The notes under the pieces were generated by a model that did not search any database, was not told the DNA's origin, and was given only the letters and a program-made list of their open reading frames with translations. A DNA stretch of 64,000 bases, taken from positions 21,576,001 to 21,640,000 of the forward strand of contig OZ024746.1 of NCBI GenBank assembly GCA_964016885.1, in the 5' to 3' direction. Below, piece after piece: positions 1 to 14,230 of the stretch. Numbering within the stretch: position 1 is the first letter of the stretch; every line of letters begins with the position of its first letter. The translations under genes and the position numbers were made by a program. The DNA comes from Eledone cirrhosa. Taxonomy: Eukaryota.

Positions 1-311
1 TTGCTTTTTTCCTTCTCATATATATGACAAACGCATGTGCACTTTCTACACGCTTGCATATGTACTGTTAATGTACTCATTCTTTCTCAATGCCTCTTTA
101 ATTACTAGACTATTCTCTTGTATTATCTGTCGCATGTATTCCACTCTGTGCTTTTAATTTGAATTTGAATTTTTGTACAATTCTCGTATAATATATGTCG
201 CATCCAGTACACCCTGTAAATACGAAACTGTTGCTCACAACATCAATATATATGTATCTATATGATTGTTTAGTTGAATAGGAGGTCCATTATATGTACA
301 AACATTGATAA

Positions 312-358
312 TGCTCCGATGACTCCAAACGAAAGTTTGGAAGAAACGATTGTCAGCA
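312..358 (+). ncRNA. Type I hammerhead-ribozyme-like motif (Penelope/retrozyme type)
   Basis: TGCT-CCGATGA-c-TCCAAAC(GAAA)GTTTGGA-a-GAAA-CGATTGTC-AGCA. Stem I is TGCT/AGCA, stem II is a perfect 7 bp with a GAAA loop, followed by the GAAA core, a short stem III and a GUC cleavage triplet (cut after 354). The core has U4->C. It lies about 45 nt before a (TA)n array. Confidence 0.6.
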
Positions 359-399
359 ATTAAATGATTTGAACACAATTTTGATAATTGTCTAATTTT

Positions 400-2241
<1,842 letters not shown>

Positions 2242-2490
2242 ATAACTAGAAATTGATGAACATATAAATGAACATGAATAATCACATGAGATAATTTTTA
2301 CAAGTGTGTAAGCACACATAGCTAAGTAGGTAACTAAATAAAGTTGACCAGAACTTCAAAAATAGATACCTTATAATATGATTAATCTTCCCTGTATATA
2401 TTCCATTAAAGAAATAGATTTCACCAATTAATCGGATGGTAAACCACAGAAGTGGAGACTTGGATTTTCAACAAGGAAGAAGTTCCAGCA

Positions 2491-2509
2491 ATATATATAT
2501 ATGTATATA

Positions 2510-2570
<61 letters not shown>

Positions 2571-2766
2571 ATATATATGTATATGTGTATATATATATAT
2601 GTATATGTGTATATATATATAAATGTGTATATATATATGTGTGTGTGTATGTATATGTGTATATATATATGTGTGTGTATGTATATGTTTATATATATAT
2701 ATGTGCGTATGTATATGTGTATATATATATATATGTGTGTATGTATATGTGTATATATATATATAT
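2491..2766. repeat. (TA)n/(TG)n compound microsatellite
   Basis: Seen directly in the sequence. Confidence 0.95.
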
Positions 2767-3099
2767 CATCATCATCATCATCATCATCATTTCACGTCCG
2801 CTTTTCCCTGCTGCAAGGGTGGGACGGGAACTGATTCTGGCTTGATTTCTACAGATGGATGCTCTTCCTAACACCAACCTCATTTAGAGTGAGTGCTGGG
2901 TGCTTTCTTTGCCGTGGCACCTCCACGACCACTTTGCAGTGGAATGATATGGACCCCAGTCCCTATCATCTCATTTCTACAGCTGAGTAAACTGGAGCAA
3001 CGTGAAATAAAGTGTCTTGCTCAAGGAAACAACACATCACCACGTCTGAGAATTGAACTCACAACCTTTCGATTGCAAGCCCAATTCTCTAACCACTAA

Positions 3100-3100
<1 letters not shown>
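2767..3100 (-). mobile_element. SINE family A (tRNA head, CORE-like body, RTE-type tail with (TGA)n), head slightly truncated
   Basis: Near-identical to 27967-28311 in reverse; B box GAGTTCAATTC; CORE-like TTCCTTGAGCAAGACACTT; both flanks are (TA)n. Confidence 0.9.
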
Positions 3101-3131
<31 letters not shown>

Positions 3132-3137
<6 letters not shown>

Positions 3138-4333
3138 ATGGCTGCCCCTTCGTTATCTAGTATGGCCATTGCACGAGGAGAAATAAAAAAATTTAATAAA
3201 TAAATAAAAAAATAAATAAAAGAAAAAAAAGAAATATATATGTATATATGTATATATATACACACATACATATACATATATACACACATATATATACATA
3301 TATACACACATATATATATACATACACACATATACATTAACAACAACAACAACAACAATAATATACATATACATATATATATATATACACACACACGCAC
3401 ACACATAAACATATCTATACACACACACACACACACATGATAGCAACTAACAGTGCTGCGATCGAATGTGGCTTTTTAGCCCAGCCAATGATCTAAAATA
3501 TCTTGCACAGAGTCGGCAACCAAAACATTCACTGGGAATAGCCGGCTGTGGTTGGAGTTCATGTACTTGAGTGCATGTCGCTTGAGCCCTCCTGCTGATT
3601 TACATTCTCCACCACATGTTTGGCAAGCATGATGAGTAGCATCTCCAACAGCAGCCAGGTAGTCAACCACTGGTCTTACTTTATGACTGCGAAGATGACT
3701 TTCGAGTCCAGCTTTGCTTAGGCAGAGTCTCGCACAGACGCTGCATGTCAGCACCATAGAAGGACCCTCACCGTCTGGAAGTGCAACAGCAATGCCCCTC
3801 CTCACATCCCGCTTTACTTTCTCGTATGCGATTCGAGATGCCTCAAAGGCAACTTTTCCCTCATATACAGTCTTTCTCCATTTATTACAATCAGCAGCAA
3901 TATTTTCCCATGTATCAGCAGAGATGTTAGCGTCTTTCAAAGAGGCTTTCAAGGAATCCTTATACCTCTTTTTTGGTTTATGTGGCGGTCATTTTCCTTT
4001 AACCAACTCTCCATAAAAGAGTTGTTTTGGTATTCTAGAATCCTTCATCCTGGCAAGGTGACCACTCCCACAGAGTCGTTGCTTAAGCACAAGAGCTTCT
4101 ATACTGTCACACATAGAGCTTTCCAAAATCTCGACATCACTGACGTGGTCCCTCCAGTGAACGCCATGGATCCGTCTGAGACACATCTGATGCAAACGCT
4201 CCAATTGCTTAAGGTGGTGTCGATATGTGACCCAGGTCTCGCAGGCATAAAGATGACAAGAGAGCACACATGCCTTGTACACCTTTACCTTTGTCCTCCT
4301 GCATATGTTTCGCCGACCCCAGAGTCGCCTTTC
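3132..4333 (-). mobile_element. 5'-truncated RTE-clade LINE (ORF C-terminus, C2H2 zinc fingers, 3'UTR with (CAT)n tail), with stop and frameshift
   Basis: TKVKVYKACVLS..LYACETW..LERLHQMCLRRI..W.D.VS..GHLARM.DSRIPKQLFYGEL is typical of RTE ORFs. A microsatellite (about 3181-3437) splits the 3'UTR, which ends ATGGCCATACTAGATAACGAAGGGGCAGCCATCATCAT. Confidence 0.9.
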
Positions 4334-6063
4334 TATACAGACAGACAGACAGACAGAGTTAGTTTTACAAACCAAATCGCAAACCATATTCAAGGACACA
4401 TGTTTCACTGGAGGAATGTTTAACCTCTGTATGGCTGTGGTCTGAACAGAAGTATATATGAGCTAGCTGGATCCTATGCAGCAGATGTCGATAGTGTGAT
4501 GACAAGGAAGACAACTCAAAATAGACTGTTGTAGGTGGGAAAACGTTTGATGAATGATCATTTGTGTTAGTTCAGTCCGAGTTGAACTTCTGTTTATCCT
4601 TGGTCCTTCCAGTTATGTAACAGAAACTTTGCAGCATGGGGGAAACGATTAAAAATTGGCTCTTGTGTTAAGGCAAGTACTGTTACGTAACCTCTACACG
4701 ATATCCACTCTTTTATCAATACACAACTTACAGCACACTGTTCCATTTCCACATGACCTGGATTTAATTAGAACTTTCCACTGAATGGAGAAATTCAGGT
4801 CTGCATCCCTGAGTGACCATATATATGGGCATAGAAATCATACCAAATTGAAATATATTTGAGAGTATCATGGTCATCAAACACATCTAGTAGGGCAGTA
4901 GGCAGTGCTGCTGGACTAACCTATAAGCTAATAATCTAAAGCTTAGAGTCACACACCCTTTAATACTAAATCCTCAAAAATTAATACATATATATATATA
5001 TCATCAACAATAATATAAAAAAATAATAACCATGTATAATTATTTTTAAATTTTTTACCTGAATTCTTTTAAAGAAGAGCCTCAAATTTCTTATAACTTA
5101 GGGCCTTTGCAGGTGAATCTCCTGCCCTGGCAGCAGCTCTAATTAAATACTGTAAGGACCTGCTCAACCAACCCATACTAACATAGAAAAACAGCTATAA
5201 AATTATGATAATACAATTTAACTTTCATAAATGCAAGAGATTGTTTATAAATGATAAAGTATTTTTATTCTTTATTTTTGCTGGAACCTTTGCATCAGTT
5301 GTTTTCCAACTGCTGCTTCTGTTATTATTTTCTTATTCCCCCCCTCTGTTTCTGCAGATTCTTTATTTGTAACTTATTGAATAAAACAATGAGAAGGCTG
5401 TGTGATTCCTTGTGGCAGCATATGAACTCATGATCTTTAATGTCAATAGACGGCACTGTTAACACTTCAGTCTTCATTCTATGACTACTACAATATTTTA
5501 ATCGATAAGTGATGTAAACCAGTATTTAACATTAACCATTTTTTCTTCTTTCTTTCTGTGTGAACATATATACTATAATATCAAATGTATTGAAAAATAA
5601 TTATCACTTCACAAAATTAATGTGTCTTATCTTAGAAATAACTAGCAAACTTGAAGACAAATTAATTTCAAATTTTATAAAATATTGATAAATGTATTCA
5701 CTTAAATTTATACTGATTAATTTTCTTTTATATTTTTCTTATTATATAAAGAAGAAAAATAAATGACTCACCAAAAAGAAAGATTATTTTGAAATGAAAA
5801 AAATATATTTTTCTATTAAATTTTCAAAATATGAAACTATAGTCCCATGAACTATTTATTGAATTAAGATATTTGAATCTTATATCTAGAAAGTAATTTT
5901 TATTTATTTTCTTTGGTATCTTCCTATATTTGATGGTAGAAGATAGATTGACTAACATCACATTATAATATTGGATTAGATAATATGTTCAGTTTAATTT
6001 GAATTTTTAATGTTTGAATTAAGATTTCACCTACAAAGTTAGGAACTTATTATAAATTATATC

Positions 6064-6240
6064 TACACCATATACTTGAATATAAGCTGAGGACCAAAAT
6101 ATCGATTGTAGAAAAGCAGTGGCTTATATTTAGGGTCAATAATTTGACGATTTTCACCAACTTCCAATTCTACATAAATAAGGTTTAGATTTTTGCCCAT
6201 TAAAATAGTGGAATCAGCTTATATTCAAGTATATACAGTA
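6064..6240. mobile_element. Tc1/mariner-superfamily (Tc2/pogo-like) MITE
   Basis: Terminal inverted repeats ATATACTTGAATATAAGCTGA / TCAGCTTATATTCAAGTATAT, ending in CAGTA. Confidence 0.75.
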
Positions 6241-6465
6241 TGTAAAGAGAAATAGGTCAAAAGCATGACAATACTGAGTTAATGTATTAACTACCTCCAT
6301 ACAATTTAACAGGGACTTCTGTATTGCAAACATTGCATGGATCTCTAATTTGTTTGTTTACTTTTGTTTGGTTTTTATTAAGTTATTTTATTTTACAAAT
6401 CTTTTTATACAAAACAAAACACACCATTTACAGGAACAAAAAAGAAATGGAAATGAAAACACATC

Positions 6466-7030
6466 TTAGGCACGTCTCTAAAACGTGATCCTGCCTACTG
6501 CTGTTAAAAGCATTACACATGTTCAGCTTCACTAGGAAGTGAGGTGATGAAGGAGGCATGTGCTCAATAAAATGTTGGGCTACATGAGCAGCCACCTGAC
6601 ATCCATACTTAACTCCTACTCTGAGCTGAACAGGGCTGAATACCTTCATTTGGGTCATCAATGACTGGCCTGCAAGCTATCTTGGATGCAAGTCACTGAA
6701 AGATATTTCCCACTGCAATGGGCTGTAAACCACAATTATTATTCTTCAATACTATCAAATTGGCTGAGAAGATGTGATTATGGTGGTGGAGGTTAGAATG
6801 AAGAAGCAGTAGCGAGAGCAGTAATAGATTGGAGCAACCATACTCCCACCGCAGTGGATTATGGTGAGATTTAGTCCCTGATAAGGTCAGATTGCAGGCC
6901 ATTCACTCCACCACTGCTGCTTGCTGAGAAGGATCCCAGGGCTGCTGTCCTATCCTTGCCAGACTCAGACAAGACAGCAACACTGCCAGGGATCTGGAAG
7001 TCCCTGATATTGGCCAGTGGGTCCTGTCTA
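6466..7030 (-). mobile_element. Degenerate CRE/NeSL-like non-LTR retrotransposon reverse transcriptase (RT) fragment
   Basis: NLIVLKNNNCGLQPIAVGNIFQ*LASK followed by QLRVGVKYGCQVAAH..LVKLNMCNAFNS resembles the RPIAVG..RRL / QLGVG..GCEAA.H / KLD..NAFNS motifs. Contains a stop and a frameshift. Confidence 0.7.
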
Positions 7031-8984
7031 TAGTATTACAAACAGACTGAATGAATAAATTGCCAGGGGTAAGTCTGAAATATCAGTAGTTAATAACCTA
7101 TCATTGTCACTGCACTGGCAGTATTTTTCCAACACATTTTTCTCTCAACAGATCACACTTTGTACATACACTACAATGGATATATGCTCAATACAAATGA
7201 TGAGTGATTCCATGGTTTGTAGTGCTGAGTTTTTCTGAAATAATCTTAAATGGGTTTGTGTTTAGAAACTACACATGTCTAGTCTCTTTGCTTTAAAGAT
7301 ACAAGAGTAAAGACAGGATTTAGTTTGAATTTAAATATATTTGATATTAACTTTTCATATTTAAAATATAAATTATCTTATATTAGATAAAATAGAAAAA
7401 TAAGGTAATGAGGTTAAATCTACAGTTTTCTCCTCTTTAACCTGACCTATACTATAGAAGTAACTAATTCTAAGTTCTGTAACAACTTACATGCCCATCA
7501 ACCTAGATAAACAATACAAAATGTGAAATTTCTTAGTATGTGTTGAATTTCATAGCTCAACCATTGAGCAAGTCTTGCCCATGTTTTCCCTGCTTTGTAG
7601 CTTCTTGATCTAAAGTTTATATATTTATAATACACTGACAATGTTTGAAGTAAAGCAATGAGTTTATTGGGAGACATTTGGGTGTTGAATAAAGTATTAC
7701 AATGCAACGGTGTAAGAAACTCTCAGGAAAGCTGGACAGCAGAAGGTCTTGAGAGAAAAACCTCCTTAAGCAAGTGTTTCGGACTTTAACTTCTGAATTA
7801 TGTATCTACTTATAGACTTTTTTTTCCTGGTTTGTGGTGTTTCCTGTGTGTTTGATTAGGCTACTTCATGTATCTGTGAAGAGAATGTAGGAGTCTTTAT
7901 TTTCAGAAACTTTCCAATCGTAGACTAGTAATTGATTCTAGGAAGGAATTATCTCACATCTGCTTAATATTTTGAAAGCTGTAGTTCATGAAAGTTCACT
8001 TAAATTATATTTATTAGAAATTTAGGAAACAAATATATTAGCTTTATGGTATAATGTCAACTTGAAGTTTTCTAGATATATTCTTCTAAATATTTATGAC
8101 CTTATTTCTCATTGGTGTTAATAAAATAAAAATAGCAGTGCTTAAATGTTTAATGTTTATCAGTACTCATGTATATTTAAGAAAGGCAGATTTACTAGAA
8201 TATTTGAGTATTTTCTTATCACCTTTTCCATTTAGAGTTCAACTGTCTTTGAGGGCAGAGATAATAAAATGAATAATAAATGATGCACCAAGTGTGATTC
8301 AAAGTACTTACACCCCTAGCTTACAATTGCAGCAGTGTGAAAAAAAAATCTATATCTTTCATAGAAAAAGTGAGTTGTCAAAAATGAGAGAAAATGAGAC
8401 ACATATCTCACAGCATCTATTTTATTCTCTCACTATATTTAGAGTTAAAATTATTAGTTGGTCAACTTTGCTTTTCATAACACTGAGGGGTAATACAATA
8501 AGCATCAATATATCGCTGATGTTGATACAATAACCAGTTTGTCTCACTAGCAATTTTGTGACTTTGCATGTGACATTGTAAAAAATCAATAGTGTTCATA
8601 GTAAAGATGCAAATCTCAACATCTTTAGTCAACAAACCTTTTTTAATGATCAATTGTAAACGTTTAATATCTCTAAAGAATGACTAGTTGTTTCAGATAG
8701 AAATTGAAGAAAATACTGCCATTTCAAGTGAAAAGCAAAATATTATTTCTGAACTTTTAGATTCACCATACTAAAAGCAATAATAATGGTCATAGTAAGA
8801 GTAATGATAGTAGCTTCCAACAAGCATTGATAAACTCCACCACCAAGATTAGCAATTATTCCTGTAGATTCTGACACCTAGACATATATGCACACATATA
8901 TATGTGTGTGTTGAACAAAGGACTAACTTTGGGATGGACGTAGAAAGATTCTTCAGGAAAAAAAGAAAAAAATAATTATTCACA

Positions 8985-9512
8985 AGCTTGACAGGTGCGA
9001 TTTGCCTGTGACCATTCTCAACACAGTTTTAGCGATGCTAAAAGCTTTTTCCCCTGAATAAAGGAATTTTTCGAGAATGACCGGGGCAGGCCGCACTTGC
9101 TAAGTTTCTCCCCACCCAACCCTACTCACCGTCTCAACTCATTACTGCTATGAACACTTTTTCAACACACCTACACCCATGCACTTATTAAAGGGGGAGA
9201 AAAGAAACCCCTACCACACCACAGACATGTTAAATCCCTATATATAGAACAACACACCACATACACATCAGTTTGACAAGCGCACCTCAGCGTGAAAGGT
9301 CTTTCTAAAAACGAAACAATACCTCCTACGTTAACCAAGAACTCCTAAGACCTAACCAACAACCAACAACTTAATTTATAAAATAATTTTTTTAAAGAAA
9401 AATTCTTTTTGGATTTTGTGAAGAAAATAAATTTGTTGAAAGCACAAGTGAAGCCATTTTTTCTTCCTCCCTGTCTTAATATACCTAACTGTACCAAGGA
9501 TTACACACATTT

Positions 9513-9516
<4 letters not shown>
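8985..9516 (+). mobile_element. Possible Penelope-like pseudo-LTR remnant
   Basis: TATA-like CCTATATATAG (about 9237), a degenerate hammerhead TTGACAA-GCGC-acctca-GCGT-GAAA-GGTC (about 9273-9301) and AATAAA; ends at (TA)n. Confidence 0.35.
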
Positions 9517-9544
<28 letters not shown>

Positions 9545-9552
<8 letters not shown>

Positions 9553-9646
9553 TAAAATAACAGATTAAAGTTTAAGCAAAGAACCGCTGCTTTCACCCTT
9601 AACGGGATTCTTTGCTTAAACTTTAATCTGTTATTTTAATAAATAT
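9545..9646. repeat. Perfect 39-bp inverted repeat with a 24-nt loop
   Basis: 9545-9583 ATATTTATTAAAATAACAGATTAAAGTTTAAGCAAAGAA is the exact reverse complement of 9608-9646. Confidence 0.95.
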
Positions 9647-9729
9647 TTGCTCTACGGTTCTTATATATTTGATATATATTTATCCTTATCGAGCCCTCTT
9701 TGGATTTTAGTCTTTAAATTTATTATTAT

Positions 9730-9732
<3 letters not shown>

Positions 9733-9808
<76 letters not shown>
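9733..9808. repeat. (TA)n microsatellite
   Basis: Pure TA run. Confidence 0.98.
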
Positions 9809-9809
<1 letters not shown>

Positions 9810-10205
9810 CTTGAGACGTGAGGATGAGAGGCGTGAAGTGTTCCATATTGCAAGGCAGTGTGTTAGTGTGATTTGAGAGTTGTTGGGGGTAAATGTTTTC
9901 AAAATGATGTTGGTGCACTTAGCATTGCTGATACCCAAAAGAAAGAGGCCTGCAGATATTACTATGAAAGATTGATGAATGTAGAGAAAGAATAGGAGGA
10001 AAAGAAACTACCTCCAACATACCCAAAGGATGGACCAGCTATTGAAATTGATAGTTTTAGGGTCAAAGACACAATCAAGGAGATGAAATAGTTGCTGAGA
10101 TACTAAAAACATTGGGAAAGGAAAGAGTCAAAATAGTAACCCGTATAATAAATCAAGTAATACATGATTGAGTCATACCCAGTGACTGGCACGGCGGTAC
10201 AATCA
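9809..10205 (+). mobile_element. Degenerate RTE LINE internal fragment (endonuclease-RT linker)
   Basis: Homologous to 40720-40965 (ATTGCAAGGCAGTGTG...AAAAGAAAGAGGC...CTATGA.AG..TGAATGT.GAGAA). Confidence 0.65.
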
Positions 10206-10720
10206 TGCTCTTAGGTGTACTTACATAAAGATTATGTTGTACTCACATAGCCATACTTATATAAAGATTATACTCTACTTACATAGCCGTACTTACATAG
10301 ACAGATCTATTTCTGAGAATCATAGAAATAGAATGTTCACCATCTACTACAGTATTTAGTATCAATCACCAATTATCGGTTTTGGTAAACATCAGTAAGA
10401 CCATGATTCTCTTTACCAGTATGTTTAAGTCTGAGTATGTAAATATGGCTATGTAAGTACAGCATAATCTTTATGTAAATACAGCATTATTCTAACACCT
10501 AAGAGTATGTTTTTAAATTTGTATTTAAATATACATATTTGCTCTCTATATATGTACAAAATACTAGTTTGTTTCTCAATTGATATATCTGCATATATAT
10601 CGTTTACAAATATTATAGATGTTCTGAACAGAAGTTTATTGAGCTTTTTACTGAAACACATTATCGATATATATCTTATGTGTATCGATTAAACCTAAAA
10701 TTAACTTATATGTATATATA

Positions 10721-10888
10721 AGTGGTCATGTAGGTGTCACTGTAAATGAGGTTGTCATTAGGAAGGGCATCCAGTCAAAATCAGTTCTGTATGAGCAAGA
10801 CATGGTCTCCTGACCTAACATTGCCCACAGTAGAACAACTCATTTAACCCATGCCAGCGTGGAAAAATGGACAAAAATGATGATGATG
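10721..10888 (+). mobile_element. SINE family A, 5'-truncated
   Basis: CTGTAAATGAGGTTG..GGAAGGGCATCCAG..ACCCATGCCAGCGTGGAAAAATGGAC..(TGA)n, flanked by TA. Confidence 0.8.
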
Positions 10889-10914
10889 TATAATATATAT
10901 ATATATATATATAC

Positions 10915-11295
10915 ACACTCAAAGTCAATGACACACGACCGTGACTTCTGGCGTCACGCAGTAATACAGGGTACCCGACCTCCCATAGGTACATGCTGAA
11001 GCATATAAACAATATGCCCCCCCCCTCCACCGCAAGGTGGCTGTGGAGGTGCCACGGCAAAAAAGCACCCAGCCCACACTGTAAAGTGGACGTGTAGGTG
11101 CCACGAAAAAGCACCCAGCACTCACTGTAAATGAGGTTGGTGTTAGGAAGGGCATCCAGCTGTAGAAATCAAGCCAGATCAGTTCCTGTATGAGCAAGGC
11201 ATGGTCAGCCGACCAGACACTGCCCACAACAGGACAACCCGTCTAACCCATGCTAGCGTGGAAGAACGGACGTAAAACGGTGATGATGATGATGA
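10915..11295 (+). mobile_element. SINE family A variant with a tandemly repeated internal module
   Basis: Two copies of GTGCCACG..AAAAAGCACCCAGC.C.CACTGTAAA, then GGAAGGGCATCCAGCTGTAGAAA and the (TGA)n tail. Confidence 0.8.
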
Positions 11296-11512
11296 CACAC
11301 ACACAGATAGATAATAGATATTGAGTGAGAAAGAAAAAGAAACTGACATAAACATCACCATTGACAGGGAATGTTGATTTATAATATTTGCATTCCCATC
11401 CTTAGTATTACATTTGTGTTTGATGATTTCTAAATATAAATTTTACATTTTTTCAGATTGTAGCATTCATGTGACAAATGGGTAAAAAGGTTCTACTGTT
11501 ATTATAATATAG

Positions 11513-11642
11513 TTACGTCCCTTAACGATCTGAGTTCAAATCCCGCCGAGGTTGACTTTGCCTTTCATCCTTACGGGGTCGATAAAATAAAGTACCAGTA
11601 ATGCACTGGGTAATTGCTGGCCTTGTGCCTAAAGTAGAAACA
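11513..11642 (+). mobile_element. SINE family B (young short-tail form), 5'-truncated, 12-bp target-site duplication (TSD)
   Basis: GAGTTCAAATCCCGCCGAGG..CCTTTCATCCTTACGGGGTCGATAAAATAAAGTACCAG; TSD ATTATAATATAG at 11501-11512 and 11643-11654. Confidence 0.9.
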
Positions 11643-11682
11643 ATTATAATATAGATCATTGTATCAACTCCATTAAAATCTT

Positions 11683-11910
11683 TCATCATCATCATCATCA
11701 TCATCGTTTAACATCCATGTTCCACGCTTGCATGGGTTTGGACGGGAGTTTTCCCACTTGAGGCAACAGTGGTTGTCATTGCTCGCATAGGACTGTCTGG
11801 CGGGTTTTCTACAGCTGGATGCCCTTCCTAACACCAACTACATTTACAGTGTGGGGCTGGGAGGTTTTTACTGTGTTGCCTACACGGCCACATTACAGTG
11901 TGGACTGTAT
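11683..11910 (-). mobile_element. SINE family A 3' portion
   Basis: (CAT)n followed by TTCTACAGCTGGATGCCCTTCCTAACACCAAC. Confidence 0.8.
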
Positions 11911-12539
11911 CCTAAATAAAATGTAAATTCAAAAGTGATATTTGAACTTTACTAGTGTAAGCTATAAAAGTGCATCTGCTGCAAAATTAACATTACACAA
12001 ATTTTTTGATGTTTTCTTTAGTAAATACAGCATATATGATACACAAATAAATATGGTAGCATGAAGCAGAATTACACATACTGTTCAGAAATAACAGGAA
12101 ATATCAACAATTACATTGAACTCATAATTTATGAACTATTAAACTGTGATATATCTAGTCAACTATGTCTTGTCAAAATATACTTGAGTGTGTGTTTCTG
12201 TGTATAGAAGCAGCAGGACACATCAATAGTATTTTTAGTTACAGATCAGTTTTAATTGATCTGAAACTAAAAATGCCAGCCAACGACATGCCAGCCATAA
12301 ACATCCTGTCTTTTTCCTAGATTTAGTACACCCATTATCCAATGTGTTCTATATTACTACGATGGTTGAGTGATTTGAAGAAGGAGTGACTACATGATGC
12401 TGCATTGTTCAATAAACATGTTGCAATATTTATGGTAAAAAAAATAGAAACAAGAAATGCAAGGTCTAGAGCTTCATAAACAAGCACAAACTATCTTAGA
12501 TTAACTTATTTCAAAAATATTCATTAATAATAAAATGTC

Positions 12540-13112
12540 TGGGGGCTTAACCTTGCAATGGACTCATGTCCTGTCCAGGAGGAGTCTTGTGTTCTCAGTT
12601 GCCTCAAATCATGAAAACCGGGATAAGTGTTGGCCTGATGAGTTTCCAGGCTCGAGACAATCTTTTAGACACAGTGATGTGTAGGAGATGTAGTGGGGTT
12701 ACCAGCAGGCTAATGATGAATAAAGACTTTGTATGTGGCAGATGCACAAGCATTATAAGTACTAAGATTACACATAAAATAAATTGTTTAGTTGCCTGGC
12801 AGGCTACTAAGAATTTGTTGACAGTTTTTGTGACTCAAGTGACCTAATCAGCAGTCAGGGAACCTGCTCTGAAAGTATGGTAGTCAGAGTAAAAACCCTG
12901 CGATGGACTAGCGTCCTGTCCAGGGGGGAGTCTTGTACTCTCAGTCGATTCATGCCATGGAAATTGAGATAAGCACCAACCTGATGAGTCTCCAGGCTTG
13001 AGAAAGACTTTAATGCTGTGATGGACTGGTGTTCTGTCCAGGGGGAAATCTTGTACTCTCAGTTGCTTCATGCCATGGAAACTGATGAGTCTCTGGCCTC
13101 AAGGCAGACTTT
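12540..13112 (+). mobile_element. Three tandem SINE 3' fragments (V-domain-like) with an RTE RT fragment between copies 1 and 2
   Basis: ATGGACT...TGTCCAGG.G.AGTCTTGT.CTCTCAGT....ATG....GAAA repeated at about 12552, 12897 and 13018. 12672-12855 translates RRCSGVTSRL..KDFVCGRC. Confidence 0.6.
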
Positions 13113-13964
13113 TAGTTTGGTTTAGTTGACTAATCAATGTCATTAAAATATTTTATGATTTTTTTCCATTAAATATTTATTTTTTTTTCTTTAATGGTCT
13201 TAATTCCATTTAAACTAAAATGCTAAATCTTTAGATCCCATCCCTTTCCTCTTTTGTTGTCTTTTGATGCTAGGTTTAGTTAATGACATCAGCTTTTAAG
13301 GACTGGCATTTCAGTTTTCATTTATTTGAAGCAAAGTTTTTAAAAATCAGTTGAAAAATATACTGAAAAATGTTAATTCTGTGAGTGGCTGAGTATGTAA
13401 ATGTGTGAGTGAAGAAGTAGAATTAATTTAATTCTCTTGTACTTTACTTAAGATACCTGTATTTTTTTGTTTTTCTATCACCATAATCATTATCATCAGC
13501 ATCACTCCTATCACTATGGATTTAGCTTGTTATATAGTATAGAGAATATTTTTTTCTTCCCAGTTTGTTTTCTGTTTCTTTTTGCTTTTTTTTTCCTTTG
13601 TTTATTTTTGTGTAAAGTAAATAAGATTTCGTAAATGAATGCAGTTAATGCTAACAAGATATAGTAATTTTAAAGGGTAATGTGTAAGAGTGAAAGATAG
13701 ACTTGTTATGCTGTGTAAAGTTATACAATCAGATAATGGAAAAAAGAAAAGAATGAAGCATGTAAGTAATATAAGATGTTATTTAAAAGGGATGTTATAA
13801 TGAAAAGAAAATTGAAAGCACTTTCAGAAAAGCAATTGCATTGAGATGAATGGATGGATAATAAAGCTCTGGTGTAATGATGTATAATGACATTCTGAAA
13901 CAAAGTGCAATGTATAAGAAATAAGTGAACATCATTTATTTTTTTCAGAATAAATAGTATATGT

Positions 13965-14230
13965 ATGTGTATGGTTCTGTAACTCCTGTTAGAGTTGTAA
14001 GAGTGCCGTAGTGGCATACAGCATTTCTTGGGCACTTTAAGCCTGGCGGAGTGCTTCCCTCTCAATGTCTGAACAAACACAGCATATTTCTTCCAGAGAA
14101 GAATAGAAAGTGAGAGATAGGAAGTGAGAAAGTGACAAAGAGGAAGAATCGATCTCAGTAATAAATTAGTACTTTTTTATCGACCTTGAAAGGATGGATG
14201 ACCTCAGCTGGATTTGAACTCAGAGAGTAG
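13965..14230 (-). mobile_element. SINE family C (family-B-like head and body, different LINE-derived tail)
   Basis: Homologous to 20742-21030 and 60745-61025; tail homologous to 37772-37890. Confidence 0.7.

Noticed and set aside
4340-4900. Coding-looking, GC-richer minus-strand stretch
   Set aside because: Multiple stops and no recognisable motif.
12635-13110. CTGATGAG motifs as hammerheads
   Set aside because: No correctly placed stem II plus GAAA; they are part of a repeated SINE tail.
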